From Hydrurus foetidus (taxonomy: Eukaryota): a stretch of 64,000 nt of DNA. The translations under genes were made by a program, and so were the position numbers. This document shows positions 53,426-64,000 of the stretch, piece by piece. Below the pieces are notes generated by a model, which saw only the letters and a program-made list of their open reading frames with translations, did no database searches and was not told the origin of the DNA. The stretch is from NCBI GenBank assembly GCA_900617105.1, contig UYFQ01000004.1, positions 372,001 through 436,000 of the forward strand, in the 5' to 3' direction. Position 1 is the first letter of the stretch. The number at the start of each line of letters is the position of its first letter.

Positions 53426-53680
53426 ATGAAAACCGCTGCATCCTTCACCGCCAAGCCTGCAAAACCTGGGTACTTTCCGATACCGGGTATTGCACCTGCA
53501 CAAGGCAAAGGGCGGACACAAGCCACCTCCATCGTGCTGAAAACCACGACTAACCCGAAGCGGCAGCACGCCGCCATCGGCAAGCTGGTGCAAATGTGCA
53601 GGGAATCCGAAGTGGTGGCCGTTGTCAACCGAGGCATCACCGCAGAAGTGCGCAGAAACCGGGATCGGGGCAATGACTGA
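53426..53680 (+). CDS. Putative antitoxin (small basic protein upstream of the PIN gene)
   Basis: 84-aa ORF whose stop overlaps the PIN gene start (ATGACTGA), with an inverted repeat upstream (TTTACC..GGTAAA, 53374-53398). No family recognised. Confidence 0.55.
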   Translation: MKTAASFTAKPAKPGYFPIPGIAPAQGKGRTQATSIVLKTTTNPKRQHAAIGKLVQMCRESEVVAVVNRGITAEVRRNRDRGND

Positions 53681-54053
53681 GCTGGTCGTGATTGATGCCA
53701 GCGTGTTGCTGGCGATCGCGTTACCTGACCCACAAGCCAACAAAGATTACGTCATGGCCTTGCTGTTCGCCATCGACAAGGGCGACGTGACCCCTGTCAT
53801 GACGCAGCTTTGCCACCATGAGATTGCCGCAAAACTGGTGCGCAAGGTACGAGGCTTGACGATCACAGCAGCCAAAGCCCGCGAGTTTTTCGACTTGGTG
53901 ACCGATATCAGCTTTCAGCACGTCGTAGACCTGCGAGACGCTGAAAACCTGTTTTCTGACGCGATGAATTTGGGCTGTGGCAGCTACGACGCAGCCTATG
54001 TGCGAGCAGCGCTGGACAATGGCGCTCAGCTGGCAACGCTGGATAAAAGCTGA
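53673..54053 (+). CDS. VapC-like PIN-domain toxin, C-terminus apparently frameshifted
   Basis: VVIDASV, HEI, YDAAYV and LATLD acidic residues. The stop comes just after the last Asp. Confidence 0.8.
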   Translation: MTELVVIDASVLLAIALPDPQANKDYVMALLFAIDKGDVTPVMTQLCHHEIAAKLVRKVRGLTITAAKAREFFDLVTDISFQHVVDLRDAENLFSDAMNLGCGSYDAAYVRAALDNGAQLATLDKS

Positions 54054-54192
54054 TGCCGCATTTGGTGACAAGCGGCGTTCATTGGTGGATTCCATGAACA
54101 CACTTGGGGTGTAGTCGCAGGAAGGGGTGTGCTGGTGGATCCTCTGCGGTAGGCTTTGCCGCTGCTCTTTGTAGAAAAGAGGGGCGAAATGT

Positions 54193-54227
54193 AAAACGCC
54201 TCAGAACCCTAAAAGGGCGCTGAGGCG
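54193..54227 (-). terminator. Terminator downstream of tRNA-Phe
   Basis: CGCCTCAG...CTGAGGCG stem with a short T-tract on the minus strand. Confidence 0.65.
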
Positions 54228-54236
54228 CATGAATGC

Positions 54237-54312
54237 TGGTGGCCCGGGGCGGAATCGAACCACCGACACAAGGATTTTCAATCCTCTGCTCTACCGACTG
54301 AGCTACCAGGCC
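54237..54312 (-). tRNA. tRNA-Phe (GAA)
   Basis: GGCCTGGTAGCTCAGTCGGTAGAGCAGAGGATT-GAA-AATCCTTGTGTCGGTGGTTCGATTCCGCCCCGGGCCACCA. Confidence 0.98.
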
Positions 54313-54334
54313 TAACTGAGCCTCAAATTATATA

Positions 54335-55057
54335 TCAATTTGCGGCCCGTTTTCCACGGGTGAGGTCAACACCCAGTTGTTTCAGTTTGCGGTACAGGTG
54401 GGTACGCTCCAAACCGGTCTTTTCGGCGACGCGGGTCATGGATCCACCCTCTTGGCCGAGGTGGAACTCGAAGTAGGCTTTTTCGAACTCATCGCGGGCG
54501 TTACGCAGGGGCTTGTCTAAATCAAAAATTTGGCGGCCTTGCGGGCCAGTGTCGGTCATGTCTGCGTGCAGGGGAGTGCTGGCACCACTGGCCACGGCGG
54601 CGAGTGACTGGCCCGTGCTGAGTGCAGTTTGCGGCTTGGTGGGCCAATCGGAGGGGGGTGACGCTTGCACAGCAGCGGCGGCTTTGCGCAGGGACGTGTA
54701 AGTGAGCGCTTGCGAGACTGCTTTGAGCAGTTTTTGCATCGTGATGGGCTTTTCCAAGAACGAATGCGCACCGATTTTGGTGGCTTCTACAGCGGTGTCG
54801 ATGGTGGCGTGGCCGCTCATCATGATGACGGGCATGGTCAGCAAGCCGGCGCTGGCCCACTCTTTCAGCAGCGTCACGCCATCGGTATCGGGCATCCAGA
54901 TGTCGAGCAAGACCAGATCGGGGCGGCCATTTTGCCGGGCGGTGCGGGCTTGGGCTGCGTTTTCGGCCAGCTCGACGTTGTGCCCTTCGTCGTTGAGGAT
55001 TTCGGACAACAGGTCGCGAATACCGTGCTCATCGTCTACCACCAGTATGTTTGCCAT
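54335..55057 (-). CDS. ntrX: NtrX-like response regulator (REC plus Fis HTH, no AAA+ domain)
   Basis: ILVVDDE, LLDIWMPD and C-terminal TGLERTHLYRKLKQLG. Lies downstream of the NtrY-like kinase. Confidence 0.85.
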   Translation of the reverse strand: MANILVVDDEHGIRDLLSEILNDEGHNVELAENAAQARTARQNGRPDLVLLDIWMPDTDGVTLLKEWASAGLLTMPVIMMSGHATIDTAVEATKIGAHSFLEKPITMQKLLKAVSQALTYTSLRKAAAAVQASPPSDWPTKPQTALSTGQSLAAVASGASTPLHADMTDTGPQGRQIFDLDKPLRNARDEFEKAYFEFHLGQEGGSMTRVAEKTGLERTHLYRKLKQLGVDLTRGKRAAN

Positions 55058-55094
55058 GATGAAGTGTGCTTAAGTGGAATGCTGGGGTGACGTA

Positions 55095-57569
55095 TCAAAA
55101 CCGTGAGGTGCTGGCATCGTCAGGACGTGTTGTAGAAATGTTGAATGATAGCGACACTTGTGCACCGCTTACCGCGTCGTCCACAACATGGTTCGCAATC
55201 GCGATGCGGGCACCGTGGTCATCAGCAATTTTCTTGACCACCGCCAAGCCTAATCCTGTGCCTTTGGCCTTGGTGGTGATGTACGGCTCGAAGGCGCGTT
55301 GGAGGATGTGCTCAGGGAAGCCCGTGCCCGTATCACGCACGATAAGCCGCACACGGCCCCGGTGCGGGTCATGTTGGGTGATGAGCGTGACCGTACCTAA
55401 CAGCCCGGCAGTGATGGCGGAGGCAGAGGCGTCTTGGGCGTTTTGCAGCAGGTTGTGCAGCACTTGGCGCAGCTGCTGGGCGTCGCCCATGATGAGCGGG
55501 CAATCGCGGTCTAACGCCAAGCTGACGGGCACATGCAACGCAGTCGCCGGGTCTGCGGTCAAGTGCCCCCCCTCGCCGACCACCCCTTCGTACAGGCCCA
55601 TCACGTCTTCAATCAGTACGTTCACGTCCAGCGGTTTGAGCTTGGCCATGGGCAGGCGGGCGTAGTCGCGGAAGTCGTTCACCAAGCGCTTCATGGCATC
55701 GACCTGATCGACGATGGTTTTGACGGATTTTTTGAGCAACGCGAGGTCTGGGCCTACCAGCTTGCTCTCTAGCTTCATCTCCATGCGCTCAGCGGAAAGC
55801 TGGATGGGCGTTAACGGGTTTTTGATTTCATGCGCCAAACGGCGTGCCACTTCACCCCAGGCTTGGCTGCGTTGAGCGGAGACGATTTCAGAAATATCAT
55901 CCAACACCAAAAGCCTTGATGCACCAGGCAGTTCAGCACCTCTAGCTACCAAAGTAATAGCATTTGGAGCCATCGAAAACGCATTACCTGCCGTTGAATC
56001 TGAAGCCTCGGCGTTCAATTCAAACGACGACTGCCAGTGGTCTACACCGTGTTGGCTGCGTTCGCGCAAGAAATCGTCGAACTGGGCCTGCACGCTGACG
56101 GCGAAGGTTTGTAAGCCTTTCACCTCGGCCAGCGGTTTGCCTTCAAACGCGGCCAATGGGGCACGCAGCACACGGGTGGCACCGGGGTTGGACGTGAGGA
56201 TGGTGCCTTGCGCGTCGAGCACGATGACACCCGCCGTCAGGTTGTCCAAAATGGTTTGCAAATTGGCACGGGCGGCGCTGACTTCGCCCATGCTTTTGTC
56301 CACTGCGCCCCTGGCATCGGACAACTGCTGCGTCATCACCGCGAACGAGCGGGTCAGGCCACCGAGTTCGTCTTTGCCTTGCAACGCCGCTTTAGGCCGC
56401 AAATCGCCTGCGGCCACTTGGCGCACGCCCTCGGCCAGCACCAGCAAGGGCCGCGCCAGCTGGTTGCCCAGCAGCACCGCCAGCAGCACCGCCCCAAACA
56501 CGGCCAGGAACAGGCTGAGCGTCAGCGTGCCGATGTACATGCGGCGCAGGCCTGAACGAGCCAGTGCCCGCTCTTGGTATTCGCGGTTGGCCTCTTGCAC
56601 CGCCGCCAAATTGGCGACCAGCGTAGGCGGCAGGATTTGGGCGATTTGCAAGATGCGGGGTTCGGCCAAGAGGCCGATGCGGCGGCTGTCCACCAGTGCC
56701 TGCACCTTGATGCGGGCGACGGTGGAGCCACTGTTCAAACCCTGCTCGTCCAAGCCTTCAATCGAGGCCACCACCCGCTGCGCCCGCACGGTACGCACTT
56801 GCTGCGCCGTGGGTCGATCGGGGTTGAGGGCAAAGCGCGACTGCCCGGCCCCGGCGATAAGTTGGCCGCTACCGCTCCACAGCACCACATCACTCACGCC
56901 GAGTTGCTCACGCAAGCGCTCGACCACCAAACCGGCGGTGGCATCGGGTGTGGTGGACAGCTGGGCGGCGGCGTTGCGGGCCTTGTTGGACAGGTCTTCG
57001 GTCAGCGTGTCCAGCGTGGCGCGGCCCAGGCTAAGGCCCGCATCTAGCGCGCCCTCGACTTTCACATCAAACCAGCTCTCGATAGAGCGTGAGACGAACT
57101 GGTAGGACACCACGTAAATCAAGCCACCGGGCAGCACGCCGACCAGCGCAAAAATAGCCGCAAGCTTGACCAGCAAGCGGCTGCCAAACTTGCCTTTGCG
57201 TAGGCGCAGCAGCAAACGCAACGCAACCCAGGCGATCACCAGCAGCAGCAGCACGGCCACCACCACGTTCAGCACAAAGAGGCGTTCGTAGTTGCGTTCG
57301 TACAGCTCGCGGTTGTTGGTAGCTTGAGTCAGCAAGAACAGCAGCACCATGCCCAAGCCCACCATCACCGCAGAGGCAACGCCCATCGCCCAGCGCAGGG
57401 CGCGGGGGGATTTAACGGCAGAGGACAGGTGCAAAGGGCTGCGAGGGGGGTTGCCATCAGCGGCATCCGTTGAATACCGGCGATCAGGGCGCTCTGCGCT
57501 GTCCGCAGATGGTGCGGATGCTGCTGATGCTGCTGATGCCACGGTCTCTGCGGATGGCAACGCTGTCAC
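55095..57569 (-). CDS. ntrY: NtrY-like sensor kinase (TM, HAMP, PAS, HisKA, HATPase)
   Basis: AWGEVARRLAHEIKNPLTPIQLSAER and GTGLGL. The GTG start overlaps the upstream stop (GTGA). Confidence 0.88.
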   Translation of the reverse strand: MTALPSAETVASAASAASAPSADSAERPDRRYSTDAADGNPPRSPLHLSSAVKSPRALRWAMGVASAVMVGLGMVLLFLLTQATNNRELYERNYERLFVLNVVVAVLLLLVIAWVALRLLLRLRKGKFGSRLLVKLAAIFALVGVLPGGLIYVVSYQFVSRSIESWFDVKVEGALDAGLSLGRATLDTLTEDLSNKARNAAAQLSTTPDATAGLVVERLREQLGVSDVVLWSGSGQLIAGAGQSRFALNPDRPTAQQVRTVRAQRVVASIEGLDEQGLNSGSTVARIKVQALVDSRRIGLLAEPRILQIAQILPPTLVANLAAVQEANREYQERALARSGLRRMYIGTLTLSLFLAVFGAVLLAVLLGNQLARPLLVLAEGVRQVAAGDLRPKAALQGKDELGGLTRSFAVMTQQLSDARGAVDKSMGEVSAARANLQTILDNLTAGVIVLDAQGTILTSNPGATRVLRAPLAAFEGKPLAEVKGLQTFAVSVQAQFDDFLRERSQHGVDHWQSSFELNAEASDSTAGNAFSMAPNAITLVARGAELPGASRLLVLDDISEIVSAQRSQAWGEVARRLAHEIKNPLTPIQLSAERMEMKLESKLVGPDLALLKKSVKTIVDQVDAMKRLVNDFRDYARLPMAKLKPLDVNVLIEDVMGLYEGVVGEGGHLTADPATALHVPVSLALDRDCPLIMGDAQQLRQVLHNLLQNAQDASASAITAGLLGTVTLITQHDPHRGRVRLIVRDTGTGFPEHILQRAFEPYITTKAKGTGLGLAVVKKIADDHGARIAIANHVVDDAVSGAQVSLSFNISTTRPDDASTSRF

Positions 57570-58231
57570 CGGCTGATCTCCGTGGGCAGTTTTTGGTTGC
57601 GGCTGACACCCAAGCTCCACTCGGTTTGCCCGAGTGCGCCGATTTGAAAGGGGCGGGGCAGTTGCGACACGTCTAGGCGGAATGCGAAATCGACGTTGTA
57701 ACGACCATCGGCCTCCAGGTCAGCCGGGTCAGCGATTTTCCAACGGGCAAAGCGTTGGATGGCGGCCAGTGCGTCGGGCATGGACTCGAAATTTTGGCTC
57801 AGCGTCACGCCCAGGCCGTTGTTGCCAATCGGGCTGGGGGCCACTTGCAAGCGCCAGCGCCTCAGCAGCGGCTGGTAGGCCAAGCGCATGTGGCGGGCGG
57901 TGCGCGTGATGGGCTTGTCAGACCAGTACCAACGCTCACGCCGAAGTTCTACCTCGGCGACAAAGAACACGGGGATGCCTTTGCGCAGCACATCGTCCAC
58001 TACCGAGGGCAAGTCCATTTTGACGGTGGCGGAGAGATAAACGCCATCTTCCGCACGCTCCAGGGCAAAGCTGCTCAGCTCGGCGGTATCGGCAGCAGCG
58101 TGCAGTGGGATGCCCGTCGCCACCAGCAGCACGGCCCACGTCAACGCCTTCATCAGCGCCCGCAGCCCTTCCGCCACGCTACCGAGCGGCTTGTTTTTCC
58201 AACAGCGCGTAAAAGAATCCGTCCACATCAC
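57566..58231 (-). CDS. DUF4390 family periplasmic protein
   Basis: RERWYWSD, LAYQPL.R.W and LDVSQLPRPFQIGA motifs, in the conserved position between rsmB and ntrY. Confidence 0.85.
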   Translation of the reverse strand: MMWTDSFTRCWKNKPLGSVAEGLRALMKALTWAVLLVATGIPLHAAADTAELSSFALERAEDGVYLSATVKMDLPSVVDDVLRKGIPVFFVAEVELRRERWYWSDKPITRTARHMRLAYQPLLRRWRLQVAPSPIGNNGLGVTLSQNFESMPDALAAIQRFARWKIADPADLEADGRYNVDFAFRLDVSQLPRPFQIGALGQTEWSLGVSRNQKLPTEISR

Positions 58232-59570
58232 TCGCCTGATTGTCCGGGACAGCCGGGGCAGAACTGGCGAGGGTGGGCACTAAATGGCCTGGAGAGGGCA
58301 GCAAACGGGCCTCGGTGTGGTGCGTAAGAAACGTTTGTATCTGGCGCTGGCCTTCGGCACGGAAGACAGAACAGGTGCAGTACAGCAAACGCCCCCCCGG
58401 TTTGACCAGGGGCCACAGGGCACGCAAGAGCTTGGCCTGCAACGCCGCCAGCTGTGGCACATCGCTGGGGCGGCGCAACCAGCGCACATCGGGGTGACGG
58501 CGCACGATGCCCGAGGCGGTACAGGGGGCATCCAACAAAATGGCATCAAACAACTCGCCATCCCACCACAGATCGGGTTTGGCGGCATCAGCGGCCAGCA
58601 CCTCGGCGCTCAAGCCCAGGCGTTGCAGGGTTTGGTGGATGCGCTCACAGCGGGCCGGATCGACATCCAGCGCGACGACTTGGGCATCGCTGATTTCGAG
58701 CAGGTGCGCGGTCTTGCCACCGGGTGCGGCGCAAGCGTCCAGAATGCGGCGCGGGGCAGGGCCACTCCAGCCTTGCAGCAGCAGCGGTGCAGCCATTTGC
58801 GCAGCGGCATCTTGCACAGATACCCAGCCAGCATCAAACTGGGGAATCTCAGGCACTGGCAGCGGGCGGCGCAACGTCAGCGCTTGCGCCCCCGCGAGGG
58901 TGGGCGTGACGATGTTATCAATATGCATAGCAGCCAGTGCTGATGAATACTGAGCTACCGTGGTTTTTCGGGGGTTGACCCGCAAGGTCATCGGGGCGTG
59001 GCGGTTGTTCGCGGTCAGGATGGCTTGCCACTGCTTGGGGTGGTCTTGCTGCAACAGGTCAATCCACCAGCGCGGGTGGTTCCACTGGGCCACCGGGTCG
59101 CGGTCAGCGAGTTTGTTCAGCGCCAGGGCTTCGCGCAGGTAACGGCGCAAGCAGGCGTTGACAAAGTTGGCTTGGGGGCGGGTGGCTTCTGAGCGTTTGG
59201 CAGCTTCCACCGCTTGGTCTACCAGCACAAAGCCTTCGTAGGGGGCTTCTTCGGCGCAGGCCAGCGCCAAGGCGCTGCACAGCAGGGCATCGGCTGCAGG
59301 CGGTGGCGGGCGTTTGGCCAACTGCTCGCGCAAGACCTCGGCACGGCCTAAATTGCGCAGCACCTGGAAAACCAACGCTTGCACACCGGGGCGCAGGCGG
59401 GCATCGACCTCGGGCAGCAGCCGGGTGGTGGACTGGCCAGCGCGTATGGCTTGCAGTACCTGGGCAGTGGCTTGGAGCTGCTGCCACAGAGGGATTTGCT
59501 GGCGGCCTGCCGCATTGGCAGGGTGCGCCATTGGGTGGACAGGTGCAGCGGTGTTTGGGGAGGTGCTCAT
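58179..59570 (-). CDS. rsmB: 16S rRNA m5C967 methyltransferase
   Basis: NusB-like N-domain, VQDAAAQ, LDACAAPGGKT, DAPCTASG..RRHPD and YCTCS. Confidence 0.96.
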   Translation of the reverse strand: MSTSPNTAAPVHPMAHPANAAGRQQIPLWQQLQATAQVLQAIRAGQSTTRLLPEVDARLRPGVQALVFQVLRNLGRAEVLREQLAKRPPPPAADALLCSALALACAEEAPYEGFVLVDQAVEAAKRSEATRPQANFVNACLRRYLREALALNKLADRDPVAQWNHPRWWIDLLQQDHPKQWQAILTANNRHAPMTLRVNPRKTTVAQYSSALAAMHIDNIVTPTLAGAQALTLRRPLPVPEIPQFDAGWVSVQDAAAQMAAPLLLQGWSGPAPRRILDACAAPGGKTAHLLEISDAQVVALDVDPARCERIHQTLQRLGLSAEVLAADAAKPDLWWDGELFDAILLDAPCTASGIVRRHPDVRWLRRPSDVPQLAALQAKLLRALWPLVKPGGRLLYCTCSVFRAEGQRQIQTFLTHHTEARLLPSPGHLVPTLASSAPAVPDNQASDVDGFFYALLEKQAAR

Positions 59571-59584
59571 GGCGTAAATTCCAA

Positions 59585-59627
59585 TAAAAAAGCGCCTCAT
59601 GCCCAATACTGTAGGGCATGAGGCGCT
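59585..59627 (-). terminator. Rho-independent terminator after rpoC
   Basis: 14-bp stem AGCGCCTCATGCCC/GGGCATGAGGCGCT with a T-tract on the minus strand. Confidence 0.9.
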
Positions 59628-59676
59628 CTCATTTTTGCAGTAGCTGCATGACAGCGTCTGTCAAGACGCGGTGCGG

Positions 59677-62515
59677 TTAATCCGCCGCAGCGGCGCTTTC
59701 GCTCACTTCTGCACCCGCGTCCGTGCTGTCGCCAGCACCTTCGGCCAATGCCTGCTCTTCGGCTTCGGTGATGGCGCGGCGCTCAGCGTCGTCCATCAAA
59801 TCCTTGGCCTGACGGGCGCGGTGGTAAGCCAAGCCGGTGCCAGCAGGGATCAAACGACCCACGATCACGTTCTCTTTCAAGCCACGCAACTCGTCGCGCT
59901 TGCCCATGATGGCCGCCTCGGTCAGCACGCGCGTGGTTTCCTGGAAGGACGCGGCGCTGATGAAACTGTCGGTGGACAAGGACGCCTTGGTGATACCCAA
60001 CAGCAAGTTGCTGAAGGTGGCCGCCAATTTGCCTTCACCGCGCAGGCGGTCGTTGGTGTTGAGCATTTCACTGCGCTCGACCTGTTCACCCTTGATGTAG
60101 TCAGAGTCACCCGAGTTCTCAACCACCACACGGCGCAGCATCTGGCGAACAATCACTTCAATGTGCTTGTCGTTGATCTTCACGCCTTGCAAGCGGTACA
60201 CGTCCTGCACTTCGTCCACAATGTAGCGGGCGAGTTCTTCAGAACCCAAGAGGCGCAAGATGTCTTGTGGATCGGCGGGGCCGTCCACCACGCTTTCGCC
60301 CTTGTTGACCACTTGGCCTTCGTGAACCAAGATGTTCTTTTCCTTAGGGATCAGCTCATCCCAGACTTGGCCTTCCAGATCGGTGATCTGCAAGCGAACC
60401 TTGCCTTTGGTTTCCTTACCGAAGGAAACGGTACCGGTCATTTCAGCCAGCATGCCCTTGTCTTTGGGTGAACGGGCTTCAAACAGCTCGGCCACGCGGG
60501 GCAAACCGCCGGTAATGTCTCGGGTCTTCTGACCTTCGATAGGGATACGCGCCAGCACCTCGCCGGGGCCCACGTCCAAGCCGTCACGCACTTGAATCAA
60601 CGAACCGATGGGGAAGCCAATCGTCACCGAGTGGTCGGTGCCGGGAATTTTGACTTCGTTGCCCGTCGCGTCGATCAGCTTGACCTGAGGACGAACCACC
60701 TTGGCAGAGCCACGGCGTTTCGGGTCAATCACCACCATCGTGGACAGGCCTGTGACCTCATCCACTTGCTTGGCGATGGTCAGACCTTCTTCGACGTTCT
60801 CGAACTTGGCTTGACCGGCGAACTCTGTGATGATGGGGCGTGTCAACGGATCCCAGTTGGCCAAAATCGTGCCAGCCTTGATGGTCTGGTCAATTTTGAC
60901 CGACAGTACCGCGCCGTAAGGCACTTTATGGCGTTCACGCTCACGGCCATGCTCGTCATGGAGGACGATTTCGCCAGAGCGAGAAATCACCACCAACTCG
61001 CCCTTGCTGTTGGTCACGTAGCGCATCGTGGCGTTGAAGCCAATGATGCCGTTGGACTTGGCTTCAACGCTGGAGGCAATCGCCGCACGCGACGCTGCAC
61101 CACCGATGTGGAAGGTACGCATGGTCAGCTGGGTGCCAGGTTCACCGATGGACTGCGCAGCAATCACGCCAACCGCTTCACCGTAGTTCACCAGACCACC
61201 ACGGCCCAGATCGCGGCCATAGCAGGTAGCGCACAGGCCGAAGCGGGTTTCGCAGGTCAGTGCCGTGCGCACTTTGACTTCGTCCACACCGGCGACTTCG
61301 AGCTCGTCGATCAGGTCTTCGTCCAAGAGCGTACCGGCTGGCAGCAGCACCGAGCGGTTCTCGGGGTGCAACACGTCGTCAGCCACGGTACGGCCCAAGA
61401 TACGATCACGCAAGGAATCAATGGTTTCGCCGCCTTCAACGATGGCGCGCATGACGGAGCCGTCGTGCGTGCCGCAATCGAGTTCAGTCACCACCAAGTC
61501 TTGCGTCACATCGACCAAACGGCGTGTCAGATAGCCGGAGTTGGCCGTCTTCAACGCGGTATCGGCCAAGCCTTTACGCGCACCGTGGGTGGAAATAAAG
61601 TATTCCAACACGTTCAGACCGTCACGGAAATTCGCCTTGATGGGCGTCTCGATGATGGAGCCATCAGGCTTGGCCATCAGACCCCGCATACCAGCCAACT
61701 GGCGAATCTGCGCAGGAGAACCCCGTGCGCTGGAGTCGGCCATCATGTAAATCGAGTTGAACGACTCTTGGTCTACTTCGTTGCCATGGCGGTCGATGGT
61801 CTTTTGCTTGGAGAGCTGGGACATCATCACCTTGGACACTTCGTCGCCCGCTTTACCCCAGATGTCCACCACCTTGTTGTAGCGCTCGCCAGAAGTCACC
61901 AAGCCAGAGATGTACTGCTGCTCAATTTCACGCACTTCTTTTTCAGCACGCTCCAGAATCGCGGGCTTCTCTTGCGGCACCAACATGTCGTCGATACAGA
62001 TAGAGATACCGGACTGGGTCGCCAAACGGAAACCGTTTTGCAACAGCTTGTCGGCAAACACCACGGTCTCTTTCAAACCGCACTTGCGGAACGAGACGTT
62101 GATGAGCTTGGAAATTTCTTTTTTCTTCAGCGCTTTGTTGATGTTGCTGAAAGGCAAGCCCTTGGGCAAGATTTCCGACAACAACGCACGGCCCACGGTG
62201 GTTTCCCACAGTTTGGTTGAAGGCACGAGTTCACCGGTTTCCTTGTCCTTGGTGTACTCGGTCAAGCGCACGTTGATTTTGGCGGCCAACTCGACCACAC
62301 CCGCGTCCAACGCACGTTGTACTTCGCCGGTGTCAGCAAAGATCAAACCTTCGCCTTTGCCGTTGATGCGTTCACGGGTCGCGTAGTACAAGCCCAGCAC
62401 CACGTCTTGCGACGGGACGATGGAAGGCTCGCCACTGGCGGGGAACAAGATGTTGTTCGAGGCCAGCATCAGCGTGCGGGCTTCCACCTGCGCTTCTACC
62501 GACAAGGGAACGTGG

Positions 62516-62550
<35 letters not shown>

Positions 62551-63912
62551 AGCCGAGCAAACGAGCGGGTGCAGTTGAATCGCCTTGCCTTCAATCAGGA
62601 TGGGCTCGAACGCCTGGATGCCCAAACGGTGCAGCGTAGGCGCCCGGTTCAGCATGATCGGGTGCTCTTTGATGACCTCTTCCAAGATATCCCACACGAC
62701 GGGTGTGCCGGATTCGACTTCCTTCTTGGCCGCTTTGATCGTCGTGGCGATGCCGCGAATTTCGAGTTGGGCGAAGATGAAAGGCTTGAACAGCTCCAAA
62801 GCCATCAGCTTGGGCAAACCGCACTGGTGCAGTTTCAAGGTGGGGCCCACGGTAATCACCGAACGACCGGAGTAATCAACGCGCTTGCCCAGCAAATTCT
62901 GGCGGAAACGGCCTGATTTGCCCTTGATCATGTCAGCCAATGACTTGAGCGCACGCTTGTTCGCACCCGTCATGGCCTTGCCACGGCGACCGTTGTCGAG
63001 CAACGAATCCACCGCTTCTTGCAACATGCGCTTTTCATTGCGGGCAATGATTTCAGGCGCTTTGAGTTCCAGCAAACGGCGCAGACGGCTGTTGCGGTTA
63101 ATCACGCGGCGGTACAAGTCGTTCAAGTCGGAGGTGGCAAAACGGCCACCGTCCAGCGGCACCAGCGGACGCAGATCCGGTGGCAGCACGGGCAGCACGT
63201 CGAGCACCATCCACTGGGGCTTGATACCGGATTTCTTGAAGGCTTCCAGCACTTTGAGGCGCTTGGAGTTCTTCTTGACCTTGACTTCAGAGCCGGTCAA
63301 GTCGCCGCGCAGGCGTTCGATCGAGGCTTCGATGTCGATGGATTCCAGCAGGTCTTTGACGCCTTCGGCACCCATCTTGGCTGTGAATTCGTCGCCGTAT
63401 TCCTTGTACTTGGCATCGTAGTCGTCTTCCGACATGATGGCAAAACGCTTCAAAGGCGTCATACCAGGGTCAGTGACCACATACGCTTCAAAGTACAGCA
63501 CACGTTCAATGTCGCGCAGCGTCATGTCGAGCACCAAGCCCAAACGCGATGGCAGCGATTTCAGGAACCAGATGTGGGCGCAAGGCGCGGCCAAATCAAT
63601 GTGGCCCATGCGGTCGCGGCGCACTTTGGTTTGCGTGACTTCAACACCGCACTTTTCGCAGATCACACCCCGGTGCTTGAGGCGCTTGTACTTGCCGCAC
63701 AGGCATTCGTAGTCTTTGATGGGGCCAAAAATCTTGGCGCAAAACAGACCATCACGCTCAGGCTTGAAGGTGCGGTAGTTAATGGTTTCGGGCTTTTTAA
63801 CTTCGCCAAAAGACCACGAACGAATCTTTTCGGGCGAAGCCATACCGATTTTGATGGCATCAAAATGCTCATCAGGCGTGAACTGCTTAAACAGGTCGAG
63901 TAGTGATTTCAT
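59677..63912 (-). CDS. rpoC: RNA polymerase beta' subunit
   Basis: NADFDGDQM active site, [21 protein letters not shown] and SAASFQETT. Confidence 0.99.
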
Positions 63913-63940
63913 AGTTTGAATCCTTTATCTGATCTGCCAA

Positions 63941-64000
63941 TTAAGAACGGTCAAGTTCCATGTCGATACCAAGCGAGCGGATTTCCTTCAACAACACGTT
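63941..64000 (-). CDS. rpoB: RNA polymerase beta subunit, 3' end only
   Basis: Translates NVLLKEIRSLGIDMELDRS*, the RpoB C-terminus, directly upstream of rpoC. Confidence 0.95.
   Translation of the reverse strand, partial: NVLLKEIRSLGIDMELDRS

Noticed and set aside
57517..57540. GATGCTGCT tandem repeat in the ntrY 5' region, plus GCTGAAGTAA x2 near 23690 and CTACC repeats near 21075
   Set aside because: These are short, low-copy simple repeats in linker or intergenic DNA with no sign of phase variation.
59671..63903. Long plus-strand ORFs (for example 60592..62220, 542 aa) opposite rpoC, and similar ORFs opposite prkA, glmS, hemE, rep and tgt
   Set aside because: These are antisense shadow frames caused by high-GC codon bias, with no recognisable motifs.

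Overview
Chromosomal core region of a GC-rich betaproteobacterium. The 16S sequence and gene order look like Comamonadaceae (Rhodoferax/Polaromonas-like); this is an inference, no search was run. The window holds a partial prkA/yeaG, a fused ABC permease/ATPase, glmS, an Lrp regulator, glmU, one complete rRNA operon on the minus strand (16S, tRNA-Ile, tRNA-Ala, 23S, 5S), a dsbD-like gene, hemE, priA, rep, pldA, tgt, queA, recG, oxyR, a Dyp peroxidase, ubiA, tRNA-Phe, the rsmB-DUF4390-ntrY-ntrX cluster, rpoC and the end of rpoB. Accessory material is scattered between these core genes. It includes a decayed brnT/brnA pair, an IS3 scar and an orphan gene at the attTn7 position downstream of glmS. 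It also includes two solitary AAA_14/DUF4143-type ATPases each preceded by a long TGCA-containing palindrome, tandem hybrid histidine kinases splitting queA from tgt, and a repeat-flanked PIN toxin-antitoxin cassette with an apparent frameshift. The most striking unexplained signal is a dispersed bipartite DNA motif of about 50 bp (TAGCGC-like box, exactly 20 nt, then GCTAY-N7-RTAGC). I count 12 full and 6 partial copies, mostly embedded in-frame inside unrelated genes in either orientation, which suggests a genome-wide protein-binding code written into coding DNA. A DnaA-box/IHF cluster upstream of priA looks more like a DnaA regulatory site than oriC. No CRISPR array, prophage or intact transposon was seen.
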